Part shown: piece by piece, positions 56,537 through 64,000 of the stretch
Numbering within the stretch: position 1 is the first letter of the stretch
Layout of the letters: each line of letters begins with the position of its first letter
NCBI GenBank assembly: GCA_964471165.1
Contig: CAYYEX010000006.1
Coordinates: 19,779-83,778 of the forward strand
Source: an uncultured Candidatus Saccharibacteria bacterium
GTDB taxonomy: Bacteria > Patescibacteriota > Minisyncoccia > Phycocordibacterales > UBA2100
DNA length: 64,000 nt
Direction of reading: 5' to 3'
Translations under genes and position numbers: made by a program
Notes under the pieces: generated by a model
Seen by the model: the letters and a program-made list of their open reading frames with translations, nothing else
Database searches by the model: none
Told to the model about the DNA's origin: nothing

Positions 56537-57199
56537 ATGAGCTACGAAAACTCTGCGACCCGACGTTCGTCTGGCAACGGCTGGAAGATCTTCGGCATCA
56601 GCATGCTGGTGGGCGCGATCATCATCGCGATCTTCGGCTACAACCTGACGCTTGGTTCGCGCAACGTGCTGGTGCGTCACAATAACAACCTGGAAGGCAC
56701 GTTTGCCGGCATCAACAATGCGGCGCAGAAGCGCGCCGACATCGTTCCGAACATGGTTTCGGTCGTCGATCGCTTCGCGAAGCAGGAGAAGGATGTGACG
56801 ATCGGTGCGACCGAGGCGAGGGCGAAAGCCACCTCGATCACATTGCCGCAGAACGCCACCCCCGAACAGATCGAAGCGTTCGGCAAGGCACAGCAGGAAA
56901 TGTCCGGTGCCCTCGGCCGGTTGCTCGCGGTCTCGGAGAGGTATCCGGACCTCAAGAGCGACAAGCTGTTCCTCGACCTGCAGGCGCAGCTCAAGGAAAG
57001 CGAGACGCAGATGTCCGGCGCTCGCGCGGCCTATATCCGCGCGGTGCAGAGCTACAACGTGAACGTGGAATCCTGCCCGTTCGCCTGCGTTGCGGCGATG
57101 ATGTTCGGCTACCAGAAGAAGCCGCAGCTCGACTTCGGTCCTGATGCCGCACAGCGTCGTGCGGCACCTCCGAAGGTGGAGTTCAACAAGAAGGACTGA
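56537..57199 (+). CDS. lemA: LemA-family protein
   Basis: An N-terminal transmembrane helix is followed by LemA blocks (RYPDLKSDKLFLDLQAQL, AAYIRAVQSYN). Confidence 0.8.
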   Translation: MSYENSATRRSSGNGWKIFGISMLVGAIIIAIFGYNLTLGSRNVLVRHNNNLEGTFAGINNAAQKRADIVPNMVSVVDRFAKQEKDVTIGATEARAKATSITLPQNATPEQIEAFGKAQQEMSGALGRLLAVSERYPDLKSDKLFLDLQAQLKESETQMSGARAAYIRAVQSYNVNVESCPFACVAAMMFGYQKKPQLDFGPDAAQRRAAPPKVEFNKKD

Positions 57200-57232
57200 T
57201 CTTCCCGACCTGATGGTCGGATGCACAAATGC

Positions 57233-57268
57233 AAAAGGCCGTCGCGTTCACTCGCGGCGGCCTTTTTG
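57233..57268 (+). terminator. intrinsic terminator closing the GC-rich island
   Basis: The hairpin ggccgtcgcg-ttcact-cgcggcggcc is followed by tttttgttttt. Confidence 0.6.
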
Positions 57269-57282
57269 TTTTTATATAAAAA

Positions 57283-57861
57283 CTACTTGCGCAGACCCCA
57301 CGGAGAGGCATGTGGCAAACGATTGGCGCGCGCAAGAAAGAATTGTGAAAGCCCGAATATACACATGACGAATGCGGCAATGAGGCGGTAGTGTACCCAT
57401 GGGTCCTCACCATACGCTCGCCACACAAACTCGTTACCGATAGCAACTGCCAGAAAAAAGAATGACCACCTGAGCGAAAGGATTTTCCATCCATAATCGG
57501 TTATATGGAACATTGTTCCGAAAAGCTCTTTCAGTAATCCGCGGCCGTAGAGAAATCCGGAGAATAGAGTGATACCGAAAAGCCCGTTATACAGCGTGTA
57601 CTCAAGTACAACCCAGTATGGGTCGCGCGAAAGTAGTGTTGCACCGCCACATACCAAGACGAACGTGCTCGAAATCATTGAAAACAAGGGAATACGGTTG
57701 TCGCGAATAAGCGACCACACGAGTGCAACAACTGTTGTTGCAACAAGAGATGCGGTGCCGGCAAGAATGCCGTACTGTCTCGCGATAACAAAAAATACAA
57801 CGACCGGGCCAAACTCAATTACAACCGACGCAAAGAACCCCTTGGTAAGCATGTGCTGCAT
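57283..57861 (-). CDS. intracellular septation protein A-like (YciB/IspZ family) membrane protein
   Basis: It has VIEFGPVVVFFVIARQYGILAGTAS and 5 transmembrane helices. Its composition matches the host. Confidence 0.6.
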   Translation of the reverse strand: MQHMLTKGFFASVVIEFGPVVVFFVIARQYGILAGTASLVATTVVALVWSLIRDNRIPLFSMISSTFVLVCGGATLLSRDPYWVVLEYTLYNGLFGITLFSGFLYGRGLLKELFGTMFHITDYGWKILSLRWSFFFLAVAIGNEFVWRAYGEDPWVHYRLIAAFVMCIFGLSQFFLARANRLPHASPWGLRK

Positions 57862-57911
57862 CCTATCATCGGGCGGGAGTTGGTGTACTTAAAAATCGGC
57901 TAAAATGTTGT

Positions 57912-59144
57912 ATGCGCAAGGGTCGAGGCAAAACTCCGTTGAAAATAGGACTCGTGGTGCTTGGAGTAGGATTCGCTCTCGGTTTCTTTTTTTTGAGTCC
58001 CCGGCAGAGCCCCGAATTGCTTTTCGGCTGCAGGATTGAGAATGACTCGCAGGGCGCAACGATGTCCCAGTCGTGTGTATCGCTCACTGTTCAAAAGTTA
58101 CTCAAAACAGTGAGTGCTAAACAGCTCATGGAATACATCACAGCACCAACGACGCCCGGTGTTGTTACAACGAATTGTCATGGAATCGCGCACATGATTG
58201 GAACAAGCGAGTACCGTTCCAGTCGTTCCGTTGAGCGCGCTCTTGAGAAATGTACACCCGCCTGCGCGGGCGGATGTCTGCATGGAGTTGTTGAAACGGC
58301 GATTGAGGATGAGTTTGGGGATTCTGTCGAAGCAGAAGAAGCAGCGCATGACCCGCTGGTGTTGATTCGCTCTGGCAAAAAATATTGCACGGTTGCGGAA
58401 CTCTGTCATGGGGTAGGGCACATTATTTTTAAAACTTTTGGTACGTACGAGCAGGCGCTTTCGACGTGCGCCTCGATTTCAGAGGATATGAACAGCGAGC
58501 GTTGCTACGAGGGTGTGTTTATGGAGAGTCTGGGCGACGAAAGCTCGTTCGGTTTTCCACGCGCTCCCGTAGTTGATGCGCAACACGCGCAAGATTATTC
58601 ATACCCATGTAATAGTGTTCCCACGCCATATCGTCTCGCTTGTTTTCGTTACCTCCCGGTCTTTCAGGATGCCTTGTTCCACGACAATCAAATTTCCAAC
58701 GTGGAGCAGAAAGTTACGATTCAAAAAGGTGTCTGTAACAGCTTTGGTGCCGAGGAACGTCTGAAATGTATTTTTGGAATGGCCGGGAGTGTGAGCGCGC
58801 GAATCTATAACCGAGACCTTGATGCGGTGATGCCGTTTTGTAACAAGTACTTTTCTGATACTGCAGATGTTTCTGCATGTGCAGCAGGAATCGCAATGAA
58901 CTGGACGCAGTTTGGGGAAGACGGGCGCGCAATGAACTTCTGTGCAGGGCTCGACGAGCCGCACGAGCAGAACAGTTGTTACAACATCGCGTTCGAACTC
59001 ATTCTAAGACGTGTTGAAACCATAGAGCGTGTGTGCGGGGGTTCCAATGAGTTCGCGCTCTGCGAGCGAGCGAGGCTGAAATACATAGAGCATCCCGAGG
59101 TGGGACAGGTAGCCGAGCGGGCGCTGTTGGGAAAACCAATTTAG
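57912..59144 (+). CDS. secreted Cys/His-rich repeat protein (paralogue of 37578-39026)
   Basis: It has a transmembrane/signal helix (LKIGLVVLGVGFALGFFFL) and repeated C-x-H-G-x-x-H units (NCHGIAHMIG, GCLHGVVETA, LCHGVGHIIF). Confidence 0.55.
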   Translation: MRKGRGKTPLKIGLVVLGVGFALGFFFLSPRQSPELLFGCRIENDSQGATMSQSCVSLTVQKLLKTVSAKQLMEYITAPTTPGVVTTNCHGIAHMIGTSEYRSSRSVERALEKCTPACAGGCLHGVVETAIEDEFGDSVEAEEAAHDPLVLIRSGKKYCTVAELCHGVGHIIFKTFGTYEQALSTCASISEDMNSERCYEGVFMESLGDESSFGFPRAPVVDAQHAQDYSYPCNSVPTPYRLACFRYLPVFQDALFHDNQISNVEQKVTIQKGVCNSFGAEERLKCIFGMAGSVSARIYNRDLDAVMPFCNKYFSDTADVSACAAGIAMNWTQFGEDGRAMNFCAGLDEPHEQNSCYNIAFELILRRVETIERVCGGSNEFALCERARLKYIEHPEVGQVAERALLGKPI

Positions 59145-59398
59145 AGCCTCATAGATTTGTGGAGGGTCGATTTGCTACAATCGCCGCCATGGTTCGGCAG
59201 ACCCTCATCACTGTAGGAATCCTATGGGCGCTTACCATCGCTGTTTTCGTGTATGTGTGCTTCGCATTCGGATTCATTCAGTATCTCGACACCGTGCCGA
59301 AGATTTCATACGCCACGTTTCCATTGGAAAAGTAATCCACAGTTCGACAGAGTGCCAATATTTTTGTATACAAAGAGAGGTGAACGAAGGGAAAATGG

Positions 59399-59866
59399 AT
59401 GAGAATCAGGCTTTTTACAGCACCGGAGCGTAGCGACTACGATACGGTCGTCGCACAACTGAAGCAATGCCGCAGCGACGTGGAGGAGTACCTCAGAATC
59501 AAAAATAACCCGGAGAAGAAAAACGAGCTTTTGAAGAGAATCACTGCAACTGTGCCGAGTGGCGTATACATGCCAGGGTGTGGCACGTCGCAAGAAGCCT
59601 TCTTTGTGGAGGGCGTACAGCGAAAACAGGGAAAACGTAATGCTGAGCAGGCCTTTTGCGTTGTCTACGCCGGTCTTCTGAAGTCCGACGGCGATGAGCT
59701 CGCATATGACGGCAAATTCGGGGCTTTTCGTCTTGTTGAAAAGCCTGCGAAGCCGCGGTTGAAGCGTTCCGAAATTCTGCTGGTCGATACCGCCGGATTT
59801 CTGTGTCCGATAACTCGGGACGGCTATCGCGGCCCGCGCTTCGTTCGTGTCGGAGAGGTTCTTTGA
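59399..59866 (+). CDS. hypothetical protein (155 aa)
   Basis: GAGAGG lies 9 nt upstream and an intrinsic terminator follows at 59873-59903. It is preferred over the antisense ORF at 59306-59932. Confidence 0.45.
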   Translation: MRIRLFTAPERSDYDTVVAQLKQCRSDVEEYLRIKNNPEKKNELLKRITATVPSGVYMPGCGTSQEAFFVEGVQRKQGKRNAEQAFCVVYAGLLKSDGDELAYDGKFGAFRLVEKPAKPRLKRSEILLVDTAGFLCPITRDGYRGPRFVRVGEVL

Positions 59867-59872
59867 ATCATG

Positions 59873-59903
59873 CAAGCCCGCCGGGGGACCGGCGGGCTTT
59901 TCA
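59873..59903 (+). terminator. intrinsic terminator
   Basis: The hairpin aagcccgccgg-ggga-ccggcgggctt is followed by ttcacat. Confidence 0.5.
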
Positions 59904-59939
59904 CATGCCCTACAGAGGTGACTCGTGTACAATCAAGAT

Positions 59940-60308
59940 ATGAATCTGCGCATAAAGACGAAGGACTTTGAGCTTACTGGAGCTACTAAGAAGTATTTAA
60001 TGATTCGGGTGAATGCCCTCGAGAAGCTGCTTGCTTCAGACGCTGCGATTTCGCGCTGCGAAGTTGAAATCGGGCGAGCTGCAGGAAAACAGCGCCACGG
60101 CAACCACCTGTACTTTGCTGAATTTCTGATTCGCGCGCCACGACGTAAACCGGTACGAGCAGTGAATCACGAAGCAACAATTAATGCGGCAATAGACAAC
60201 GCAAAAGAGGAGGCGATGAAACAGCTTCGAAAACAAAAGACCGTAAAGGAATCGAAAACTAAGAAAGATGGCGCACGCATCAAGCGCTCGTTGCAGGCCG
60301 GCCGTTAG
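59940..60308 (+). CDS. hpf: ribosome hibernation promoting factor / RaiA (S30AE family)
   Basis: MNLRIKTKDFELTGATKKYL...AIDNAKEEAMKQL matches the HPF fold pattern. Confidence 0.7.
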   Translation: MNLRIKTKDFELTGATKKYLMIRVNALEKLLASDAAISRCEVEIGRAAGKQRHGNHLYFAEFLIRAPRRKPVRAVNHEATINAAIDNAKEEAMKQLRKQKTVKESKTKKDGARIKRSLQAGR

Positions 60309-61186
60309 TCCGTTGCGGGAGATGCTCCGGAGCGAGCAAACTCTGTAAAGGTCATTGCGTTTTTGCCTTCTGGTTTTACCGTGTCGAGTACGAGCTCGTC
60401 GTATTCAATGTGTGCCTCGAGGAGCTGAACTCGAATGCGCTTACCGTCACGTACAAAAAATGCATACGCTGTTGGCCAACCTTCGTAGGCCATAATTTTG
60501 AGAAGGTTGGTGCGCGCATCGTCTGTAAACCGGATTTCGCCGTCCTGTTTTTCAAACTTCCTTGTATAGGTGGCAACATCATGATTTTGCGGATGTGCCT
60601 CGATTTGTTTGCGTACCCACAGCGGAATCATTTCGCATAGCAACTTTCCACCTTCGCGCGCAAGTATTTCTTCAAGGGCGGCTGCACGAGGCGGCCACGG
60701 CGATATTGGTACACGCCGCTGTGCAACGATTGGGCCGTGGTCCATTTCCTCGTCGAGCACCATTATGGTAACGCCAGTTTGAGACTCGTCGGTGAGAATG
60801 GCAGAGCGAATGGGGGACGGCCCGCGAAGGCGTGGTAATAGTGATGGGTGCATGTTGAGCGTGCCATGTTTTGGAATATCGAGAACAGCGGTTTTCAAAA
60901 GCGCACCGTAATCGGCAACTACAAAAAGCTCGCAGCCTGATGCCTTGAGTGCGGCGGTTGTTGTTTGGTCGATTCGTGCCGTTTTGATAAGTGGTATTGC
61001 GAGGTTTTCTCCGAGGATTCCCACGGGTGAAGGCGAGCGTGCGAGTCCACGGCCCTTGGGCATGTCTTGAGACGTCACAATGAGAGCAGGGTACAACTTG
61101 GCACTAACGAGTTCCTCCAGGACAAAGCGTGCAATGTCGCCGGTCCCGAAAAAGACGAACTTAGGAATGTTTTGGTTCGTCGTCAT
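60305..61186 (-). CDS. fmt: methionyl-tRNA formyltransferase
   Basis: It has FFGTGDIA and the LNMHPSLLPRLRGPSPI catalytic block. It overlaps def, the classic def-fmt operon arrangement. Confidence 0.85.
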   Translation of the reverse strand: MTTNQNIPKFVFFGTGDIARFVLEELVSAKLYPALIVTSQDMPKGRGLARSPSPVGILGENLAIPLIKTARIDQTTTAALKASGCELFVVADYGALLKTAVLDIPKHGTLNMHPSLLPRLRGPSPIRSAILTDESQTGVTIMVLDEEMDHGPIVAQRRVPISPWPPRAAALEEILAREGGKLLCEMIPLWVRKQIEAHPQNHDVATYTRKFEKQDGEIRFTDDARTNLLKIMAYEGWPTAYAFFVRDGKRIRVQLLEAHIEYDELVLDTVKPEGKNAMTFTEFARSGASPATD

Positions 61187-61691
61187 AGAGTTCGCTTGCT
61201 TTGTCTGTGTAAAGGATGCCTTCGAGGTGATCCATTTCGTGCTGAAAGATGTGAGCTAAGAATCCAGAGGCGCCACGGGTAAACCGCTTTCCGTTCTCGT
61301 CGTATGCGCGCACTGTCGCTTTTTCGCAGCGGGGAACCATGCCCCACTTTCCGCGCACCGAAAGACAGCCCTCGTGTTTATCAATTCGTTTTCGCGAGAC
61401 ACTCGTGAGTTCTGGGTTGATGTATACCTGGTCCGGAAGGGGGGTGGGCTCGGAGTCGTCGTCTTCATCTTGAGCGGCGCGCGCAAGGGAGCGACCGGAA
61501 ACGATAAATAGTCTGACGGGTTCGCCGACTTGCGGCGCGGCGAGTGCAACTCCATATTCCTCTTTTGAAAGAAGTGCTCGCATTTCTTTTATCAGTGACT
61601 GTATCTCCCTACTTTGAATCGCTTCGAGTGCGACTGGCGCTGCGACATCGCGTAGAACGGGGTTGTCGTGTTCGGGGATAATTTGTCTCAT
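61161..61691 (-). CDS. def: peptide deformylase
   Basis: It has GCLS, the QHEMDHLEG metal-binding motif and an EGCLS-like block. Confidence 0.85.
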   Translation of the reverse strand: MRQIIPEHDNPVLRDVAAPVALEAIQSREIQSLIKEMRALLSKEEYGVALAAPQVGEPVRLFIVSGRSLARAAQDEDDDSEPTPLPDQVYINPELTSVSRKRIDKHEGCLSVRGKWGMVPRCEKATVRAYDENGKRFTRGASGFLAHIFQHEMDHLEGILYTDKASELYDDEPKHS

Positions 61692-61774
61692 GATGGTGCT
61701 CGGTGGCGTCACTATTACGTTTTTTGCCACATTTGGCAATACGAAAAATAGGACTTCGCGCGTACAATAGGCGC

Positions 61775-62107
61775 ATGAAGCATATCGGCTCTCAATTGAA
61801 TCGTTCGATGAAACAAACGAGCGAAACCGAGCGCGGCGAGATAATGCGCTACTTTTGTCAGGAGCTCAATAAAGCGCGCGTTCCCGACGGCCTGCCACCG
61901 ATATCGATGGGGCGCATGGGTAAACTCCTACAGCAGATTCCCACAAAAGATTTGTATTTTTTGAAGAAAGTGTGCGACGATGCGCCGCATTTCAGTAAGA
62001 AGTTCTGGTGGGAGATTAAACCCGAGAACCATACCCCCGAGGCCAAAGCGGCATCAAAAAAGAAGTTTGACGAAATGAATCGGCAAAAGCGTTTGCGAGG
62101 CGAATAA
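61775..62107 (+). CDS. hypothetical lysine-rich protein (111 aa)
   Basis: A TACAAT lies 7 nt upstream of the ATG, making it near-leaderless. The composition is protein-like. Confidence 0.4.
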   Translation: MKHIGSQLNRSMKQTSETERGEIMRYFCQELNKARVPDGLPPISMGRMGKLLQQIPTKDLYFLKKVCDDAPHFSKKFWWEIKPENHTPEAKAASKKKFDEMNRQKRLRGE

Positions 62108-62228
62108 TCTGCGCAGATGGAAAAAAGTAACCACCCGCGTTCACCACGAGAGCAGTTGAAGGCACTACTCCAGTAACTCATCCAATTGGATGAGTTACTG
62201 GAGCAATGCGCGGCGTGCGGCCAAATGT

Positions 62229-62257
62229 TTTGTTAAAACCTGCCCAGCGTCTACAAT
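62229..62257 (+). promoter_or_regulatory. sigma70-like promoter (TTGTTA-17-TACAAT) for mreB, implying a leaderless or near-leaderless mRNA
   Basis: The -10 ends 10 nt before the chosen ATG at 62268. Confidence 0.35.
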
Positions 62258-62267
62258 GCACCGACCT

Positions 62268-63284
62268 ATGGCTTTCTCATTTGCTCCCAAACTCGGTATC
62301 GACCTCGGCACCACGACGGTCCTCGTGTTTGTACCGGGCAAAGGAATTGTGCTCAACGAACCGTCGGTTGTAGCTGTTTCTCAGCGCGACAACAAAATCC
62401 TCGCGATTGGCAACGAAGCTAAGGAAATGATAGGCCGCACGCCAGACGAAATCATTGCATATCGCCCAATGAAAGACGGCGTGATTGCCGACTACCGTGT
62501 TACCGAAGCGATGCTGCGCTACTTTATTCGTCGTTCACTGAGTAAGTGGAATATTTTCAGGCCGGAAGTAATGGTATCGGTTCCAGCGGGCGTTACCTCA
62601 ACCGAGCGGCGCGCAGTTGTAGAAGCTGCCACGAAAGCAGGAGCGCGCGAGGCCTATGTGGTGAAAGAGCCAATTTTGGCAGCAATTGGTGCCGGTATTC
62701 CCATTTACGAGGCGCGCGGACACATGATTGTAGATATCGGCGGAGGCACCACAGACGTTGCGGTCATTTCTCTCGGCGGCATCGTTGCCTCCACATCGGT
62801 CAAATGCGCCGGTAATCGCATCGACCGTGCAATCGCCGACTACATAAAGAAATCATCAAATCTCGCAATCGGCGACAAGATGGCGGAGGAAATGAAAATC
62901 CATATCGGCTCTGCGGTGCCGGTGGAAGAGGAGCTCACGATGCTGGTAAAAGGCCGCGACCATCTCACGGGTTTACCGCGTTCAATAGAAGTAGGAACCA
63001 ACGAAGTCGTGCGTGCGATTGGCAAAGAGTTGCGCACAATGGTAAATGCAATCAAAGATGTGTTGCAGGAAACACCGCCAGAGCTCGCGGCCGACATTAT
63101 AGACAACGGCATCACCATGACCGGTGGTTCGTCGCAGCTGCGCAATCTACCGGAGCTCATATTCCGCCGCACCGGGGTCAAAGCGCGGCTCGCAAAAGAT
63201 GCGCCATTTTGCGTCGTAAAAGGGACGGGAGAGGCTCTCAAGCATTTGGATACGTACAAGAAAGCCATCATCTCGAAACGCTAG
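62268..63284 (+). CDS. mreB: rod shape-determining protein MreB
   Basis: It has GIDLGTT, the KDGVIADY connect 1 motif and DIGGGTTDVAVISL. Confidence 0.85.
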   Translation: MAFSFAPKLGIDLGTTTVLVFVPGKGIVLNEPSVVAVSQRDNKILAIGNEAKEMIGRTPDEIIAYRPMKDGVIADYRVTEAMLRYFIRRSLSKWNIFRPEVMVSVPAGVTSTERRAVVEAATKAGAREAYVVKEPILAAIGAGIPIYEARGHMIVDIGGGTTDVAVISLGGIVASTSVKCAGNRIDRAIADYIKKSSNLAIGDKMAEEMKIHIGSAVPVEEELTMLVKGRDHLTGLPRSIEVGTNEVVRAIGKELRTMVNAIKDVLQETPPELAADIIDNGITMTGGSSQLRNLPELIFRRTGVKARLAKDAPFCVVKGTGEALKHLDTYKKAIISKR

Positions 63285-63300
63285 CACCGCTAGGTCGCCT

Positions 63301-63846
63301 TTATTTTTGTAACTTGGAGATGTCCTCCATCAACTTTCGCAAATCAGTTTGAATGGTGACTAGGGTGCGTTTTTGTTCCTCTTTGCGCACCTCTTCCTGT
63401 GCCTCTTCTGCCTCGGCGGTTTTGTCTTCCTCACTCATTTCCTCAACATCTTCAGATATTTCCTCAACGTCTTCTTGCAGTTCATCGACGTCTTTTTGAA
63501 TCTCATCGACATCCTCGGAGATTTCCCCCACGTCCTCTGAGATTTCCTCCACATCTTCTTGGATTTCCTCCACGTCTTCTTGAATAGCGTCGATGTCCTT
63601 CTCCACCGCCTCGATTGATTTACTTTGTATGTTGATTGTCATCTGTATAAAAATCGCGAGGTAAATCGCCTCCAGGGAAACGATGGTTGTAAGCACCAGA
63701 AGCATGCGGTCGAACGAAATAAAGCCAAAGAATGCAACACAAAAGCTCACCACAAACAAAATTGAGTGAATGACGATAGAGGTAGGGGAACCGACCCCGC
63801 GAGTAACACGCAGAGCGAACTTTTCTACATCATTTGTTTGGGACAT
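63301..63846 (-). CDS. membrane-anchored protein with acidic EDVEEI(S/Q) tandem repeats (DUF1003-like topology)
   Basis: Two transmembrane helices are followed by 8 or more copies of a 7-8 aa acidic repeat encoded by 21-24-bp DNA repeats. Confidence 0.5.
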   Translation of the reverse strand: MSQTNDVEKFALRVTRGVGSPTSIVIHSILFVVSFCVAFFGFISFDRMLLVLTTIVSLEAIYLAIFIQMTINIQSKSIEAVEKDIDAIQEDVEEIQEDVEEISEDVGEISEDVDEIQKDVDELQEDVEEISEDVEEMSEEDKTAEAEEAQEEVRKEEQKRTLVTIQTDLRKLMEDISKLQK

Positions 63847-64000
63847 ACGGGGAGTATACCCCGTGAGATAAAAAAGCAGATTTCGTCCTCTACTCGGAGT
63901 GAATATCTCATGGGGTATACCCCGTGGGATAAAAAAACGGATTTTTTTGCTCAATCGGGCGAAAATATCTCTCGGGGTATACTATTCACAATATGTTCGC
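63847..64000. repeat. tandem repeats of about 63 bp, each starting with the palindrome GGGGTATACCCC (2.4 or more copies, cut by the window edge)
   Basis: The units are 63847-63910, 63911-63973 and 63974 onward. Each shares a conserved approximately 30-nt 5' part and aatatctc at the 3' end, with a variable core of about 18 nt. Confidence 0.6.

Noticed and set aside
54894-57226. Long antisense ORFs 54894-55817 (-) and 56084-57226 (-) opposite the GspS-like and LemA genes
   Set aside because: They are typical high-GC antisense open frames (Arg/Asp/His rich) and the sense-strand proteins have clear homologues. ORF-track entries such as 9007-9693, 8892-9443, 5382-5738 and 16729-17319 were dismissed for the same reason.
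63847-64000. Possible CRISPR array. The palindromic repeats at the window end and the 21-24-bp coding repeats at 63400-63600 were both considered.
   Set aside because: The end repeats have variable cores of only about 18 nt and no cas genes are in view. The 63400-63600 repeats are in-frame EDVEEI coding repeats. Neither fits the CRISPR repeat/spacer geometry. The end repeats are reported only as an unexplained tandem repeat.
1-64000. Integrase, transposase, toxin-antitoxin pairs, restriction-modification or other recognisable defence genes
   Set aside because: I searched the six-frame translations for tyrosine/serine recombinase, DDE and HNH-type motifs and for small adjacent antitoxin-like pairs. 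None was convincing, so the mobile-looking features here (the GC-rich islands, MITE-like and REP-like repeats) have no visible mobilisation gene in this window.

Overview
This 64 kb window is a compact, gene-dense bacterial segment. GC is about 50% by eye, most genes lie within about 100 bp of their neighbours or overlap, and many are short. It is probably from an uncultivated lineage. The gene content is Patescibacteria/CPR-like (type IV pilins, archaeal-type sugar enzymes, SWIB and SET domains, many small membrane proteins), but I cannot confirm that assignment from sequence alone.

The recognisable blocks are:
- a type IV pilin/pseudopilin cluster (95-1561), whose third gene is frameshifted;
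- an alpha-glucan cluster (2836-8754): glycogen-synthase-like glycosyltransferase, GH57, GH15, cupin-type glucose-6-phosphate isomerase and a sugar kinase, with paralogous HAD-IIB phosphatases, a second GH15-like gene and galU elsewhere in the window;
- a thymidylate supra-operon (9515-14808): glyA, dut, thyA, HIT, extended dCMP deaminase, an HxGH nucleotidyltransferase and folA;
- an ABC-2 exporter pair, three sensor kinases and a lone receiver domain;
- tRNA-Cys(GCA) and tRNA-Asn(GTT), both on the minus strand;
- a carbamoyltransferase module with two tiny membrane proteins and an SGNH hydrolase;
- def-fmt, hpf and mreB.

The standouts are:
1. A GC-rich island (about 54.24-57.28 kb) bracketed by its own sigma70-like promoter and intrinsic terminator. 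It carries an enterobacterial-type ygiB/ygiC-yjfL-like module (DUF1190 lipoprotein, GspS-like ATP-grasp amidoligase, DUF350) plus lemA, all uncharacterised in function.
2. A second GC-rich one-gene cassette beside tRNA-Asn, flanked by a partial copy of the tRNA 3' end and nested long palindromes.
3. Two related miniature inverted-repeat (MITE-like) elements with 20-21 bp terminal inverted repeats and shared internal cores.
4. An identical 21-nt REP-like hairpin present twice, once in-frame inside a coding region.
5. Two frameshifts located exactly in simple-sequence tracts (a TC run in a pilin gene, an A7 run in an HWE kinase).
6. Paralogous Cys/His-rich secreted proteins sharing a conserved leader motif with a TPR gene.
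7. Chromatin-flavoured proteins (SWIB, SET, a lysine/arginine-rich repeat protein).
8. An unfinished palindromic tandem repeat at the window edge.

I found no CRISPR array, integrase or transposase.
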